Source of the DNA: Octopus sinensis
Lineage: Eukaryota
NCBI RefSeq assembly: GCF_006345805.1
Contig: NC_042998.1
Span: 110,732,001-110,796,000, forward strand
Direction of reading: 5' to 3'
DNA length: 64,000 bases
In this document: one piece after another, positions 1 through 13,940 of the stretch
Numbering within the stretch: the first letter of the stretch is position 1
Layout: each line of letters starts with the position of its first letter
Made by a program: the position numbers and the translations under genes
Notes under the pieces: model-generated
What the model was told of the DNA's origin: nothing
The model's database searches: none
The model's input: the letters and a program-made list of their open reading frames with translations, nothing else

Positions 1-240
1 CATTTCAATATTCAACGGATTGAACCTGCAGCAGAGTGCCAATTACAAACAAAATGGTTTCGTCAAATAACTTCTATTCTTATCAACTGATGTTAAGACC
101 AGAACAATCAAATCAATTACGCATGTCAAATAATCTTTATTTTCATTCACATATTTTCTACGTTATCTCAACAACCAACTATAGTTATTTCAAATACACT
201 TCTCTACAACGACCAGATTACATTAGAAAATGAAAATAGT
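1..240 (+). mobile_element. Helitron Rep/helicase N-terminal remnant
   Basis: ORF 36-233 begins VSSNNFYSYQLMLRPEQSNQL, resembling the Helitron_like_N motif VS..FYSYxLMxR...N; degenerate afterwards and cut by the window edge. Confidence 0.6.
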
Positions 241-367
241 TTCACACTTTCAATTTGAACCAAAATCACAAAGTGTTGCATTACAAGAGTGGCGATGTGT
301 GGATAATGAAAGTAAAGTTTCTCCGAATTAGTCACATCTGTATTATAATAAAGAAAGACGTTTATTA

Positions 368-733
368 TTTACTCTTTTACTCTCTTTTACCTGTTTCAGT
401 CTTTTTGACTGCGGCCATGCTGAAGCACCGCCTTTAGTACTTATTCTATCGGTCTCTTTTTGCCGAACCGCTAAGTTACGGGGACGTAAACACACCAGCA
501 TCGGTTGTCAAGCAATGCTAGGGGGACAACACAGACACACAAACACACACACATATACATATATATACATATATACGACAGGCTTCTTTCAGTTTCCGTC
601 TACCAAATCCACTCACAAGGCATTGGTCGGCCCGGGGCTATAGCAGAAGACACTTGCCCAAGATGCCACGCAGTGGGACTGAACCCTGAACCATGTGGCT
701 GGTTAGCAAGCGACTTACCACACAGCCACTCCT
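368..733 (-). mobile_element. tRNA-derived SINE, family A (internal microsatellite, TAAAAGAG-type tail)
   Basis: The reverse strand begins AGGAGTGGCTGTGTGGTAAG (A-box) ... GGTTCAGTCCC (B-box). It is co-linear with the copies at 15729-16240 and 46466-46963. Confidence 0.9.
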
Positions 734-2162
734 ATCTATATTTTTGATTTAACAACGCTTTTTTACATTGGGTCGCACAATGTTGAGGTCATTTTCGGAG
801 CATATTTCGATTTGCTTCTAATGCTTCACTTTCGTCCGATGTTTCACGCATGCATAGAATTCTACTCAGACATTTATGAAAATGTACTCAAAAATATTAT
901 ATTAAAACAAACCGGAACCAAAAAAAAATTGCATTAGAAGACTCCTATTATTCTAGCTCTCTCTCACGCAAAAAAAAAAGATCTATGCATATGTATTTAT
1001 GGGCGGATGTAAAGAATACGCACACCAGGTGTTTAGGTTTATGGTGAAAAAGGGTGGTGTACATATTCTTTACTTCCAAGTATTTATGTACGTGGATATG
1101 AAAGATAATGTGTATGCGTATGTGTATCTGTGAGGGAGAGAGAGTGAGAGAGAGTGAGCGAGTGAGTGCCACTTACACATACATGCAAAAATTTCATATA
1201 TCACAACACACACCTTCACTGACTCTCTCTCTCTCTCTCTCTCTTGCTCACTCTCTCTCTCTCTCTCTCTTGCTCTCTCTCTCTCTCACACACACACACG
1301 CACATCCATTTCATATACATGTGCATCTTTCACGTTTCTACTTCAAAGCAAATGTTGCCTTTTCACTTTATCTTTCAATTTCTGCTCTCTTCAAAGCACA
1401 AAGAAATCTTAAAAGATTACGGAAATTAACGATCTCATATATGTCGAGCTGACAACTTTGCGTCTTCAAACGAAAGAATGCCATAAAATAACTTCCTTTG
1501 ACAAAAGCACACATATACACACACTACGGTTAAAACTTCTGGACGAATTATGTCATTTCTTGCAGTGTGCACGCGCAAAGTTAGAGCTCAAATCCAATTG
1601 AAATGAACTCTTTCTATTGAGTAATTTGTGTTTGTGATGAGCGCATTTAGAAACCTGATATTCGATTTCCCAGAAATTCTGTCCTTTACCTCTTCTTTCT
1701 AGCTTGTTTGAGGTGACATTTTTGTCCCTATCCGTTATGTTTTTTAAAAATTTCTTCCGATTCGTATGGTTATGATACAGGAGATTAGGATTTCACCCAC
1801 CAAATACATTCGCAATATTTTAATTTTCTCCCTCTAAACACTAAATCATTTTTTACTTTTTCCAAATGTTTATTCTTGATAATCCACGGAGGAAAACAAC
1901 AGGGAGTACGGATATTTAAGAATTTTACCTATCACCTCACCACTTTAAAAAAGCTACACACTTTTTGAAAAGTGGGGAAGTTTCTTCAGGAATATTGTCG
2001 TTTACCTCTTGTTTCTAGCATGTTGGGTTTTCTGGTAGTGGTCTGGTATTTTTTAAGTCTACTATTTCAATAGAATTCTACGCATGCGGAGAAACATCAG
2101 ACAAAAGTGAAAGACTGGGTTCGAAAGCTGGTAAGTGATGGTTGGGCGAAGTAGGGGAAGGG

Positions 2163-2207
<45 letters not shown>

Positions 2208-2606
2208 TATAAATGGGATGGGGGAAATTAAAATTTTGAAAACGTGATTACTGGACAACATCGTATTAACCCACTTTTATACGATGAAACAATACATAGT
2301 TTCTGATCCTTCTTAAGAACAGAAAGCACTGTCATGTAAACCCATGCAAATTGTACCTTCGCCCTTCACTGTTAAACAAACAATAACTTCTATTATTCCG
2401 TTAACTATATATCAGCTGTGCCTTTTCTGCCCATAGGAAAGGAGTAAATAATACAATGTGCTTGTAGGTTATAACACCTGAGCAAACCGGGATGCATCGC
2501 AAGTAATAATGTAGTATAATATAATATGATGAAATGATAGAATATTAAACGTCCATTCTGATTGACAGTTGTAAATTGTAAAACATAACTGTCACCACTA
2601 CTACAT

Positions 2607-2649
2607 GGACCTGAAGATTGCATAGTTTAATGCATGAAAGTAATAGTTC
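2607..2649 (+). ncRNA. Degenerate minimal type I hammerhead ribozyme
   Basis: GGAC-CTGAAGA-tTGCAT(agttta)ATGCAt-GAAAG-taa-TA-GTTC. Stems I and II pair, but stem III is mutated. Confidence 0.55.
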
Positions 2650-3147
2650 AATCAGAATGGAGGTTAGATATTATATCATTTCATTATATTATTATAAGAT
2701 TGTAAATAAAACATGAAAATCAGACAAAGTTGAAATTTCTTTGAGTACTATATTCTTCTATACACAGTCATACACACTTGGCTATGTGTGTGTGTGTTTG
2801 TGTGTGCGTATAAGTGTGTGTTAAACGAAATGAGACAACAAAGCCAAGGCAGTGTGAAATTTCTAGGGCATTTATAAAGAGAAAGGTAATCTTACAGCTG
2901 TTTCGGGGATATGAGGGTTATCGCTTCATTAGAGACGATATGAGAGAGTTTGAGAGAAATAGAGTTCAATATAAGAAGTTATTTTGGACAGGGAGAGATA
3001 TAGGAAATATAAATGGAAATAAGAGAATAAAAATAAACAAATAAACATAAATGTTGAATGTTACAGTTGGATTTCCATTATCCCAGGAAAGCACTTATAT
3101 AGCCTTACCTGACATTTTCGGTCTTCTGGATACCAATACCTCACTCT

Positions 3148-3255
<108 letters not shown>

Positions 3256-4108
3256 TCTCCTTTAAAAATCATGCGTTCATGCTTTCAGTGAATTGACACC
3301 AACTTCATCCTAATATCACACAATCACATATTTTTCTGAACCAGCTACAATAGAAAATATATGTTCGCCTGATATCTAGAATTTACTACGTGAACTATTT
3401 CACATCACGCTAACGAATGTCTTTCAAAAAGAACTTTAACTTCGCAGAACATTTTCATGTAACAAAAGCTAAATATACTCATTATATATTACGTACATGA
3501 CCTACATTCAAATATATCATTTCGCTGTTTTCTCTTGCATTCAATATCTATTTAATGAACGGTCAATGACATTGAATTTTCTAGCATTCATCATGGTATA
3601 TATGTATTATACTTGAAGAAAACATGCGCGTGAAGAGTATCGTTGCATATTTCCAATAACACACACACAAATGCACAACTAGACACCCACCCTCGCATGC
3701 ACACACACACACACACACACACACAAAGACATACATATATAAATATACATATTCATTGTGAGTGACAGAAGCAGTATTGATTCAAAATAACTATTTGTTA
3801 ATGATTTATAGTTGAAAGTCTGATAAACTGCGGTATTCGTCTCCAGATAACAACTCTTATAGACGTATTGTTTTAAAAAGCACAAAAAAATTTATGTGTA
3901 GCCGACGAAAACCATCCAGAAACGGTGGTGGCTTTGCTAAACTCGTAACACTGCCTTTCTGGTCTTCTAGAGAAGCAAATATCTATTGGCAATCGCATAT
4001 TAAAACAAAATCAGTTCCTACTAATAATGTGAAACAAAAACTGAAAATCACCGATGTTGCAATAGGTGAACTGTCACACGTCGTCTTCAACGCGAAAGTC
4101 CATAATGC

Positions 4109-4161
<53 letters not shown>

Positions 4162-4562
4162 ATAACTATAATTATATATTATCTAGTAATATGTCTTCCA
4201 TTTTAAAGCGACGAAACCTGAACAATTGACCGAAAAAATCATATATATAATTATAATTATCATTAAAAAGAACCTGTGTGTGTCGCTCTTCTCCATAATT
4301 TAAAACATTCGGGTTTGTTTACAAATTTATAAATCTATATACTAGACTAAAATTAACTATACGTCAAGATTGGCTGAAATTGATAGCTGGGTTATAAGGC
4401 TGAATAAGGGGGCGTACGGATTCGTGTAAGTATTGATATCGTGTTCAATTCGCAATGGTTTAGACCATCATTTTAAAGTCAGTAGTTAAGGTTTAGTCAC
4501 TTTAAAATGGAGCATATATTATTAAATATTAAGTAATTATAGTTATTATTAAAAAGGACCTA

Positions 4563-4780
4563 AGACGGTGAGCCGGCAGAATCTTTAGCACGCTGGACGA
4601 AATGCTTAGCAGTATTTCGCCCGTCACTACGTTCTGAGTTCAAATTCCGCCGTGGTCAACTTTGCCTTTCAACTTTTCGGGGTTGAAAAAATAAGTACCA
4701 GTTGAAAAATGAGGTGGATGTGATCGACTAATCCCCACCTCCCCCAAGCTATCCTTCTGGCAAAAATTTGAAATGATTAC
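4563..4780 (+). mobile_element. tRNA-derived SINE, family B
   Basis: Head GGCAGAATC.TTAGCAC...GAGTTCAAATTCC and central CTTTGCCTTTCA..TTTCGGGGT.GA..AATAAGTACCAGTT, shared with 13755-13940 and 47462-47687. Confidence 0.85.
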
Positions 4781-5189
4781 TAAAAAGCACGTATGGGTGT
4801 CGCACTTCTCCGTAATTTACAGCCTGCGGGTTGGTTTATATATATATATGGGGGGGGGGTATTATTGCATCTAGAGAGAGGCATTATGCCAATATTATTA
4901 ACACACGCACTGGTTCAATTCAACTCATTTATAATTAGTCAGTTGGTAAAATACCTAACCAATCAATTGTTTGTTTAACCTGGTTAAACTGTAAGTCATT
5001 TGTTTTGTTTTTGTATGTCAACGCTCTTTCAATGATAGTTGCAGCCTTTTCGATGACAATAAGGAGTGGAATTGAACCAATGCACCTGTTAATAATATTG
5101 GAATAATGACTCTCCCTAGACACACAAAAAAGAAGATACAAAAAATGAATTATGTCCCATGTATTACTATATGTGGGATGTGCTTGTGA

Positions 5190-5420
5190 AAAACACCAAC
5201 CGGTCTGCCTGCAACTTCAAGGCCGATCTGGTGGCCAGATCAAGGAGGTGTTCGAATATCATCTCAGGAAATAGTGAAAAACTCACTGCCCAAGCCCTGG
5301 AACTGGCTTGAAGATGTGATGAAAGCTAAGGGCGGCTACTTTGAGTAAACCGCTACTTGCCAGCTAAGATCTAATTCATATTTTAAAATCTTTTTAAAAC
5401 ACTTTTATTTTTGATGGAAT
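5190..5420 (+). mobile_element. Tc1/mariner (maT-like) transposase C-terminal remnant
   Basis: Decayed frames resemble the '..L.ARIK..F..L....V...C..F..RLE.V....GGY.E' transposase end (gctaagggcggctactttgagtaa). Confidence 0.45.
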
Positions 5421-7446
5421 AATAAGTTTACTTTTCCTTTTATGTCAACTGTCAAACTTAGCGCGAACACTCCGTAGATACAGACATTATTTATCTTGTA
5501 GAGATATGCGTTTAACATATAAAGAAATATTTCATGCTATTTTTGTTGCTTGGAATAAGGATCAAATTGGCATTGTCACTTGACCCGCAAAGTCAGCTTT
5601 GATTGTGTAGTCCAGTGATTAATGGTATTTAAACCATGATCATTCTGTCATTTGCCAGTCATAGCAAACTCGCACTAAATTATGGAATATGTTCTCTGTT
5701 GAGCCACTCAGTTGCGATCTAGGCAGTATTTAGTCATTATATGTTGTAGGCAAACTAACCACGTAGAAGCACTTTCGATATATCGTTACGACATGTTGAT
5801 CACTTTTTTAGAGTTAATTATCTATGGTAAGACAGAGTTAAAAATTAATATTTAAATCACTTGTCATCGCCTTCCTGAAATGTCGACAATAATTTAAAAA
5901 GAAACGTTAATCCTTAATAGATTTATAAGAGATATAAATATTTATTAACTACGAACATATATAGAGCATGACTGTGTGATTAAAACGTTCGGTTCTATGT
6001 CTTGCTCTGCTACTCCTTAGGTAAGTGCTCCCTATTATTGACCCGATTAATAAATGCATTGCCTGTGAATATGGCAAGCAGATAATGTGTCTACCCAAGG
6101 TAGTCTGCCAAGTTTATTCACACTTGAGCACGTGCACACAGATGCACATACAGTCACATATACACACACCCACACACACAAATATTTATACATATTCATA
6201 CGAATATGTATATGACCATATTTTTTATTTGTGTTCCAAGTGATATTGTTTGAATAACAGTGCATGTAAGGGTCTAACTTGACATAAACAGGTAAAACTA
6301 GTGCCCCAAATTGCTACAATCCAATGCCTAAAGCCAATACAAACCTATATGACTTAGAAATCATACTGAGTTACATCATGAGGTGTATTCCTCTCCTTTC
6401 ACTATCACAATGAATTTTATAAGTCTGGATTAATACCTCCCATAGTTAGTATCGAACGTTCTTGATGTCTTTCAATTTCTTTTGTTATATTACATATTAC
6501 TTTCAAATACCGCCTCTATAATCTTTCTTTCCGACCAGCATAATTCATTGATACGGTTTATTTTCGTATGTCATATCTTTCTGAATCATCTTTATATGCT
6601 TTGTTTTAAAAACATTCTAAAATGATGACAAAAAAGATTTATTTACTTTCAATGTTAAAACGTATTTAGAAATATTTTATATCAAAATGAATCAAAAGCT
6701 TCAGAAAACGTGCGATGATGTGATCTTATACATAGTTTGCAGGTCAATATATTCTGCAGTGTGTAAATATATCTTTATTGAATAAATCGAAAGCAATTCA
6801 ATGAAGATGACATAATAAATTAACTATAACTATTGTTATGGAATATGCATGCTGAGTGTTTCAGTGATATTCAAAATGGATATGTTGCCCTATTGCTATT
6901 ACTGTGGAGTTTATTTAGTTTATATTCGATATTATTTATACGTGTGTGTGGTGTGTGCGTGTGTTTGAATGTGTGTGAGTGTGTGTGTACCTATATATAC
7001 ACATATATACAAATATACATACGAAGACACGCATACCCATGCACGCACATGTATGTATGCATGCATGTATGTATGTATGTATGTATGTATGTATGTATGT
7101 ATGTATGCATGTAATCATTCATAATAATAACAATATAAGCGAGGAAATGTATAAGTTTAATCAGTTTAATGTAATTACCGATGTAACTTTTAACATTGGC
7201 ATTCACTTGTTAACTGTAAAATAATGTTATCGGAACGAAATTCCACTGAAAACTTTTAGTTAATTAAGCATCGGATATGGGAACTATAATGGAAGAACTT
7301 TCACCACAATGGAACATATTTGGGGCAAAAGAGGGGCTGGTTTAGATATTTATGACAGTCACATTTCGCAACTTAACATGGATAATTTTCTGTCAATCTC
7401 ACTCTCCCTGTCTCTATCTTCATCTTATCTCTATCTCTCTCTTCCT

Positions 7447-7511
<65 letters not shown>

Positions 7512-7740
7512 ACGCATCTCACACGCACACATACTCAGGGTTTAAATTTGAGTTGAGTGAACGAACATCTGCGATAACTAGTATACGATTACTGCAGAAA
7601 AAATTAGTACATTCGTATTAATGAAAAATATTTCAGTGTTCCAGGTGTTGTTCGAATGTTCTAAAGGAAATCTGTGTGTGTGTGTGTGTTTGTGTGTGTG
7701 TGTTTGTGTGCATATGTGTAAGTTAATGTAAGTATACATA

Positions 7741-8506
7741 CGAGGTCTGATCAATAAGTATCCGGACTGTTACCATAATAACGAAGCTAAAGCACGCAGA
7801 GAGAAGCCGCAGGGCAGAGATTGACCTCAAACTCTGTTCTGCATGCACACTAAGTTTTAACGTTCTAGCTCACTCCCGCTGTTTACAGCAGTGCTTGGAA
7901 GGAAGTTGCGTAGCGTGTCATCAGAGAAAGTTGTCATGACAGAGAAAGTTGTCATGGCGATACCTGCTCAGAAGCAGGTTGCAGAAAGTGTATGAAGAGC
8001 AGTGTATGGGGCGCATACATGTGCACGAGTGGTTCAGACATTTCCAAGATGGCTGAAAAATGTCGATATCGACAAAAGTTCTAGAAGACCTACAACCAGC
8101 AGAACTGAGATAAGCATCGCATATGTACGTACAGCTGTGAGGGGAAATCGTCACCATCCGTGAATCATCAGAGGATGTGCAGATCAGTTACGGTTCAGTT
8201 CAGTCCATTATCACTGGGTATGAGATGTGTGTCTGCCAACTTTGTGCCAAAACCGCTTTCTGCTGACCAAAAGGAGACACACGTTTCAGTTGCTAAAGAT
8301 CTTGATTGTGTTGAGAACGATGAAAACGTTTTGAAAATGTTGCGTAGGCCCTTGAGCAGGTATCGCCATCGTTTTGGAAAAAGTTGATGCAGATTATCTG
8401 CGTTTTCACAGCAGAGTTCAAGGTCAATCTGTGATAGTAGTCTTCACTCTCTGAGTGCCTTAATTTCGTTACTATGGCAACAATCCGAATACTTATTGAT
8501 TAAACC

Positions 8507-8509
<3 letters not shown>
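7741..8509 (+). mobile_element. Internally deleted mariner element with TIRs
   Basis: The left end CGAGGTCTGATCAATAAGTATCCGGACTGTTACCATAATAACGAAG is inverted at about 8455-8509. The relic LGMRCVSANFVPKPLSADQKETHVSVAKDL is a WVPxxL-type motif. TA lies at the left junction. Confidence 0.9.
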
Positions 8510-8541
<32 letters not shown>

Positions 8542-8551
<10 letters not shown>

Positions 8552-9718
8552 TATTTGAGACAAAACCACTATTTTGCAAAACAAACAAGGAAAGACTTAA
8601 TCAATACATAAAATTTAATAAATAGTCTTGAGGTTTATAAGTTAGTATAGGTTTGTGTATAAGTCTTGGGTCTGTGGTTTACGTGTGGGTTTTTTGTGTG
8701 TGAATGTTTAGGTTAGGGGGATTGCTATATAAGTTTGTTATAGGGTTTAGCAAAGGGAGATTTTATCGTTATATGCTTTTATGAGTTTTGGTTTATCATG
8801 GTTTGTTTTAGGTAATTCGTGGTATTTTGTCTATTTTAGGTGTTGGTTATTTTTTTACATTGTTTCATTCATAATTTTTGAGTGGTGTTCGTTTTGCCAC
8901 GTGAATAACCGGGTGGTGGACTAGCGTTGCTTGGAATGTGAATGGAATAGTGTAGTAGTGAGGTAGGCATAGAGAATTGGGATTGGGTTACTGCAAGTTG
9001 TTTGTTAGAGATGCTAAGGTGAGTTAAAGCTCATAAATGTATATAATGTTTTTTGTGGGTGTGTAAGTATTGTTGTATATGTCGAGTTTAGTGAGTATGT
9101 ATAGGCGTATATGTGAGGGAGTATATGTATCTTTTGTGTGTGAGTGTTTTGCGTGTGAGTGTGTGTTGTGTGTGAATGTGTATATGGGTTTGTTATTTAG
9201 GTTTTGGGATGTATGTGTTAATTTGTCTGTGTGGGGAGGGAGTGGTTTTGTGGTATATTGAGGTTTATAAGTTAGTATAGGTATGTGTATAAGTCGTGAG
9301 TCTGTGGTTTACGTGTGTGTATTTGTGTGAATGTTTAGGTTAGGGGGTTTACTTTATAGGTTTGTTATAGAGTTTAGCAAAGGGGATTTTATCGTTATAT
9401 GTTTTTAAGAGTTTTGTTTTATCATGGTTTTTTTAGGGAATTCGTGGTAATAGTCTATATTTTCGATATGGATTATATATAGGTTATATGGATATATACT
9501 TATATTTTTTCATTTATACTTTAATTATTTAAAGTATTATTTTTATATTTTAAAATTTTGATTTTTTAGATTGGAAGTCCACCTGAAGATTGTCGATCAA
9601 GACAAGAAACGATTGTAGTGGCGGTTTTTTGTGACTATTTATTAAATTTTATGTATTGATTAAGTCTTTCCTTGTTTGTTTTGCAAAATAGTGGTTTTGT
9701 CTCAAATAATATTTTATA
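8542..9718 (+). mobile_element. Non-autonomous Penelope-like unit: 86-bp perfect inverted ends, ~205-bp internal direct repeat, hammerhead
   Basis: 8542-8627 is the exact reverse complement of 9633-9718, and 8628-8838 is repeated at 9258-9462. A hammerhead lies at 9579-9621. The interior has strong G/T strand bias and no recognisable ORF. Confidence 0.7.
9579..9621 (+). ncRNA. Minimal type I hammerhead ribozyme (intact core)
   Basis: CCAC-CTGAAGA-TTGTC(gatcaa)GACAA-GAAAC-gatt-GTA-GTGG. Stem I is CCAC/GTGG, stem II is TTGTC/GACAA, the core is CUGANGA/GAAA and the cleavage triplet is GUA. Confidence 0.8.
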
Positions 9719-9803
9719 ATATTTTACTATAAAATTGGATTAATCCTAAATCTGATTTTTTTCCCTGTAAATTTGGATATATTCCCTAATATTTATTATT
9801 ATA

Positions 9804-9874
<71 letters not shown>

Positions 9875-9959
9875 CATATGGAGAGAGAGAGAGAGAGCGA
9901 GAGAGAGATATGGGAGGGTGCGTGAATATATATTGACAGTGAGACGAATGCAACAAGAT

Positions 9960-11030
9960 TGCATGTGAGGAAAGGCACAAAACCAATCTAGAATGTGGGA
10001 CAGAGGCTATTATTGGAGCTTAGAAAAAGTAGGGATTGAAAGAGATTGCCCGTGGACCAGAGGCTGGAGTGTGTCTGTGAGTTAGTTTATGCCAATCATT
10101 TCCTGATGCAGACTAGTTTGTTTGTGGGTGCTGTAGTAGCACTTACGCAGATGTGTGTGCGGATCTTGTTCGAATTTGGTAATGACTTAGAAATTGATAG
10201 GCTTTCTTCTATGTTTGTTTCCTGTCACTAAAGAGATGCGCTTCAACCTATGTTTGGAATATACTTCTGCCAAAAAATCCTCGATGCTTGTGAACGTTAA
10301 CGCATGGACCAATAAGAGGGCTTTAGTTGTGTAGTTCTCATGATTGAGGAATATTGAGTCCGGCATTGCGTTCTTGATTTGAGTACTAGTTGAAAATTTT
10401 GAAGTATATGTTCGAAGTTTCTGTTCAGAGTTTGAGCGCAGTGCTGGTGTGTAGCGTCCAAATCACATGTTGATCGAGCTTGTGTAAGAAATTTACAAAG
10501 GAATGAAAGTTTGTACCATCTACATACGAGTGGTAGTTGCTGGACATCACAGCAAGTAGATCATTGTTGTATGAAAGAAAGAATGTATGTGACAAAATGA
10601 TCCCTGAAATAAACGATAGACAACTAAAATTGGCAAAGACATAATTCATTCAACACATGTCTTGATAGTGTGATCTGACTGAACGGTACCGATTCAAGAA
10701 TTGAGTGAATGACAAAGTCCGCAGGCAGTAAGTTTCGAAGAGAGATTCCTATATCATTGCTGATATCTAAAATAATAAATTGCTTTCACTGAATTTCTCT
10801 GAGGCAGAGGTTCACAACCGATGGTTCTCGATTCCCTGGGAGGCCGAGTAACCATGCTAGAAGTGGATTGGGATAATATTAATTTCAAATCATCAAGTAC
10901 ATTTTTAGGTTCTGCTGATAGTAGGGGGTCGATTGGGTTTCGGGCTTTTGGGTAAGAAGTCGTGAGGGCAAAAGCGTTAGGAATCGCTGCTCTGAGAAGA
11001 TGACGTAAAGATGTAGGACACATGTGGACC
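9960..11030 (-). mobile_element. L1/Tx1-type ORF2 (RT) remnant
   Basis: Decayed frames give KARNPIDPLLSAEP (QG.PLSP.LF..EP-like) and ERNAGLNIPQS*ELHN (GGLxIP...N-like), with many stops and frameshifts. Confidence 0.45.
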
Positions 11031-11239
11031 TTGCTCTACGAAAACATTACTGATGGCCATTGAAGAGAGAGAGAGGTGTGGGGAGAGAAAGAAAGAAAGA
11101 AAGAGAGAGAGGTAAAGATTCGAAATATTGGAGAACGTCATTGTGAGCTGCTACCCCTTTTACATTTGAGATTTTAGAAATATATGCAATATAACAGTTA
11201 TGAGAATAGTTATATATTTAGATGAGTTTCATGCTCATT

Positions 11240-11400
11240 TCTTTTTTTTTCTTCTCCTTCTTCTTCTTCTTCTTCTTATTATTATTATTATTCTTATTCT
11301 TCTTCTTCTTCTTCTTCTCTTCTTCTTCTTCTTCTTCTTCTTCTTCTTCTTCTTCGTCGTCGTCGTCGTCGTCGCCATCGTCTTCGTCTTTGTCTTCTGT
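11240..11400. repeat. Compound trinucleotide microsatellite (TTC/TTA/TCG)n
   Basis: Visible directly in the sequence; it produces the spurious poly-K/E/S/F ORFs. Confidence 0.95.
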
Positions 11401-12329
11401 TTTTGATAATCCATACATTTGTTCATCATGACTAGCAACAAAGTTTGCATCTTTAGCAGGAACATATTGTGCTGTTTCTATTGTCCTCTAAAGGATTATT
11501 AATATAATTGAATTTAACATGCAATAGCAGATAATCGAAATTAAATTTCTATCACAACTCACCTAGAAGTACTATCACATTGATTAATCATTCAGATTCA
11601 AACGATAAGGTTACTTTCAAGGGACGTTACAGCAAAATATTTGTGAACCAAAGAAATGGAAATGAAATAAGGATATCCTCTACTATAATAACAATAATAT
11701 TAAATATTCATATCATGAATATTTAGCGAATATGCTGAAATGCAACCTTATATATTTACAGTGAAACAATATCTATATTTTTTCTATATGGCAGTAAACC
11801 AAGGCAATGGTCAAGATCTGTACAGACCTTCCTAAATATGAAGAAACTGCTATTGTGTTTATTACTGATGCAGTTGTAACGAGCATTTGTGTTACATTTG
11901 AATCTTAATGAGATACCAGCGCGTATGAAGTTTAGGGACAAGGGCTAAGAAGATATGGTGCAGAGGGTGAAGTGAAAAAGGGGAAACAATATAAATGCAT
12001 TTTAAACTGAACAGTTTTGGTGAATGTTTTCTAGTCAGGCAGAGGGAAGCTTTGGATACCACCAGTTCTATTGGTAGTCATGCAGCGCTAAAATCTATAT
12101 TGAGTGCCATGTCGAAATACGCATGAATAATACTAACCTATGGAGTATGTAATTAATATTCAGAAGAGAGAACAACATAGTATAATAGATGTAGGGGATG
12201 CAATGAAATCCGGTCCATATTTGCTAGTATACTCTATAAACAGAAAAAAAGTGTGATCTGAAACTTAGGTAAGGATTGTCATGCCATTTTAAAACAACGT
12301 AGTACAGAGTTTCTCTTGTCAGAAATACT

Positions 12330-13350
12330 GAGCCAACACAAATGGTATTATTGGTCGTTGGGACTGAAGGAACAAACATGGTAATAAATGAGTTGATTGT
12401 TTAAAACGATTTATAAGTTTAACCCCGTTTTCAGTTTAAAATGCGATGCATTTGAGAAAGAAAGGACTTGAAGATTTCTACATACTGTACAGTGTAATAG
12501 GGGTCCGCATTAGATTCCTCCGGTGCACCATACAAGGAGTAATTTGGTGTGTGTAGTCAGTTTAAAATTAACAAAGAATCAATCAGTTAACGGATATGCA
12601 ATGTCATCTTAAAAGACGTTCCAGACGTAAGAGCTTGATTGGAGCAAATCTTAATTTCATTTCTAGCAAACAGTCGGCAGTGAAGTTCCACTCGGGTTTT
12701 GTGGGACCGTAAATGTGTTCCTGAGAATGAAATTTGCATTAATGCCTGATAATGAGAATGAAATTTGCAACACTAAAGAATGTAAAAACATTAAATATTT
12801 AGCGGAGATTGTAAAAAGTGGGTAAAACATATGCGTTACCATCCGACAGTAACCAATATGTAAGATTAGTCGACCAGGATGTTAGCTGGAAAGGAACAGG
12901 AACAGAGACAGATAGCATAGAGCTTTATGTACCAGTTAACCGTACAGGTTTCTGAAAATAATTTTGTCCTTGTTATCTCTCGATACACGCTACTGAAGCA
13001 TTGTACCAAAAATACAATGGTAGAAGTAGATAGTCCATAGATTGACAAATATGCTTAGTATTAATAAATAGAACGTATATGTGCCACTGATCAGGCGTCG
13101 CTAATGTAATCTAAACGATAGATTGTATTCGAACAATGTCATGCCTGCAGACAAAATTATATAATAAAAAACTGATCGTGCAAAATAAGCGAACGCTCTT
13201 GAAAGTTATGAAAAATCTATGGATGTGTTCATGAAATACGTGATTAGATGCTGAACGAAACCTATACAAGGAAAAAAACTTTATGAACACACTGACTACA
13301 TTACAAACACGGCACTTTGTAAGATTTACCAATGTAACTTCAAACAAATA
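12330..13350 (-). pseudogene. Decayed rhodopsin-family (class A) GPCR relic 1
   Basis: Manual translation gives TM3-like HICQSMDYLLLPLYFWYNASVACIER*..FQKP, TM4-like SMLSVSVPVP, TM5-like AYVLPTFYNLR*IFNVFTFF and TM7-like NLQVLSFSNAS, in the correct order with stops and frameshifts. Confidence 0.55.
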
Positions 13351-13754
13351 TTTGTCAATGGAGCGTCAATTAAGAAGGGACATACTTTTAAGCATTCAAT
13401 CATTTACTAACGTTAGAGAAAGAATTAGCTGTGTTGTATTGATGCATTATTGATATTGAAAGAATATACAAACCGTGACTACAACAAATATACTACTGAA
13501 AAGGAAGGTAAGCTTCGATAACAAAAATTGAATTAGGTAATTGCACATATATGTAAGGACAGCGGTTTTAAAATATTATTCTTAATGAATTTCAATTTAC
13601 GAAAATTCAAATATGCAGAATGGATTTATATTGATGTTTTACAGTGGAACCTACAACGTGTGACGTACATTATGTTAGCCGTCCTTAGATTTAAGGGAGA
13701 TTTGTTTAACATAGCATACTAATATTGTTACGGTATTTATATTACCTATATTGA

Positions 13755-13940
13755 AGGCGGCGAGCTGGCAGAATCATTAGCACGCCGGGTGAAATGCTAT
13801 GCGGTATTTCGTCTGCTGCTACGTTCTGAATTCAAATTCCGCCGAGGTCGACTTTGCCTTTCATCCTTCCGGGGTCGATTAAATAAGTACCAGTTGCTTG
13901 TCCCCTCTGTGTTTAGCCCGTTGTGGGTAGTAAAGAAATA
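13755..13940 (+). mobile_element. tRNA-derived SINE, family B
   Basis: Co-linear with 47462-47687 (reverse strand) but lacking about 45 bp internally. Confidence 0.9.

Noticed and set aside
824-2113. 45-bp inverted pair (824-866 / 2069-2113) as TIRs of one element
   Set aside because: The match is only about 85%, there is no TSD or internal transposase, and it is more likely two copies of a dispersed repeat.
6430-6470. IVSIER as a GPCR TM3 end on the plus strand
   Set aside because: It is an isolated motif with no flanking TM segments in order; likely chance.
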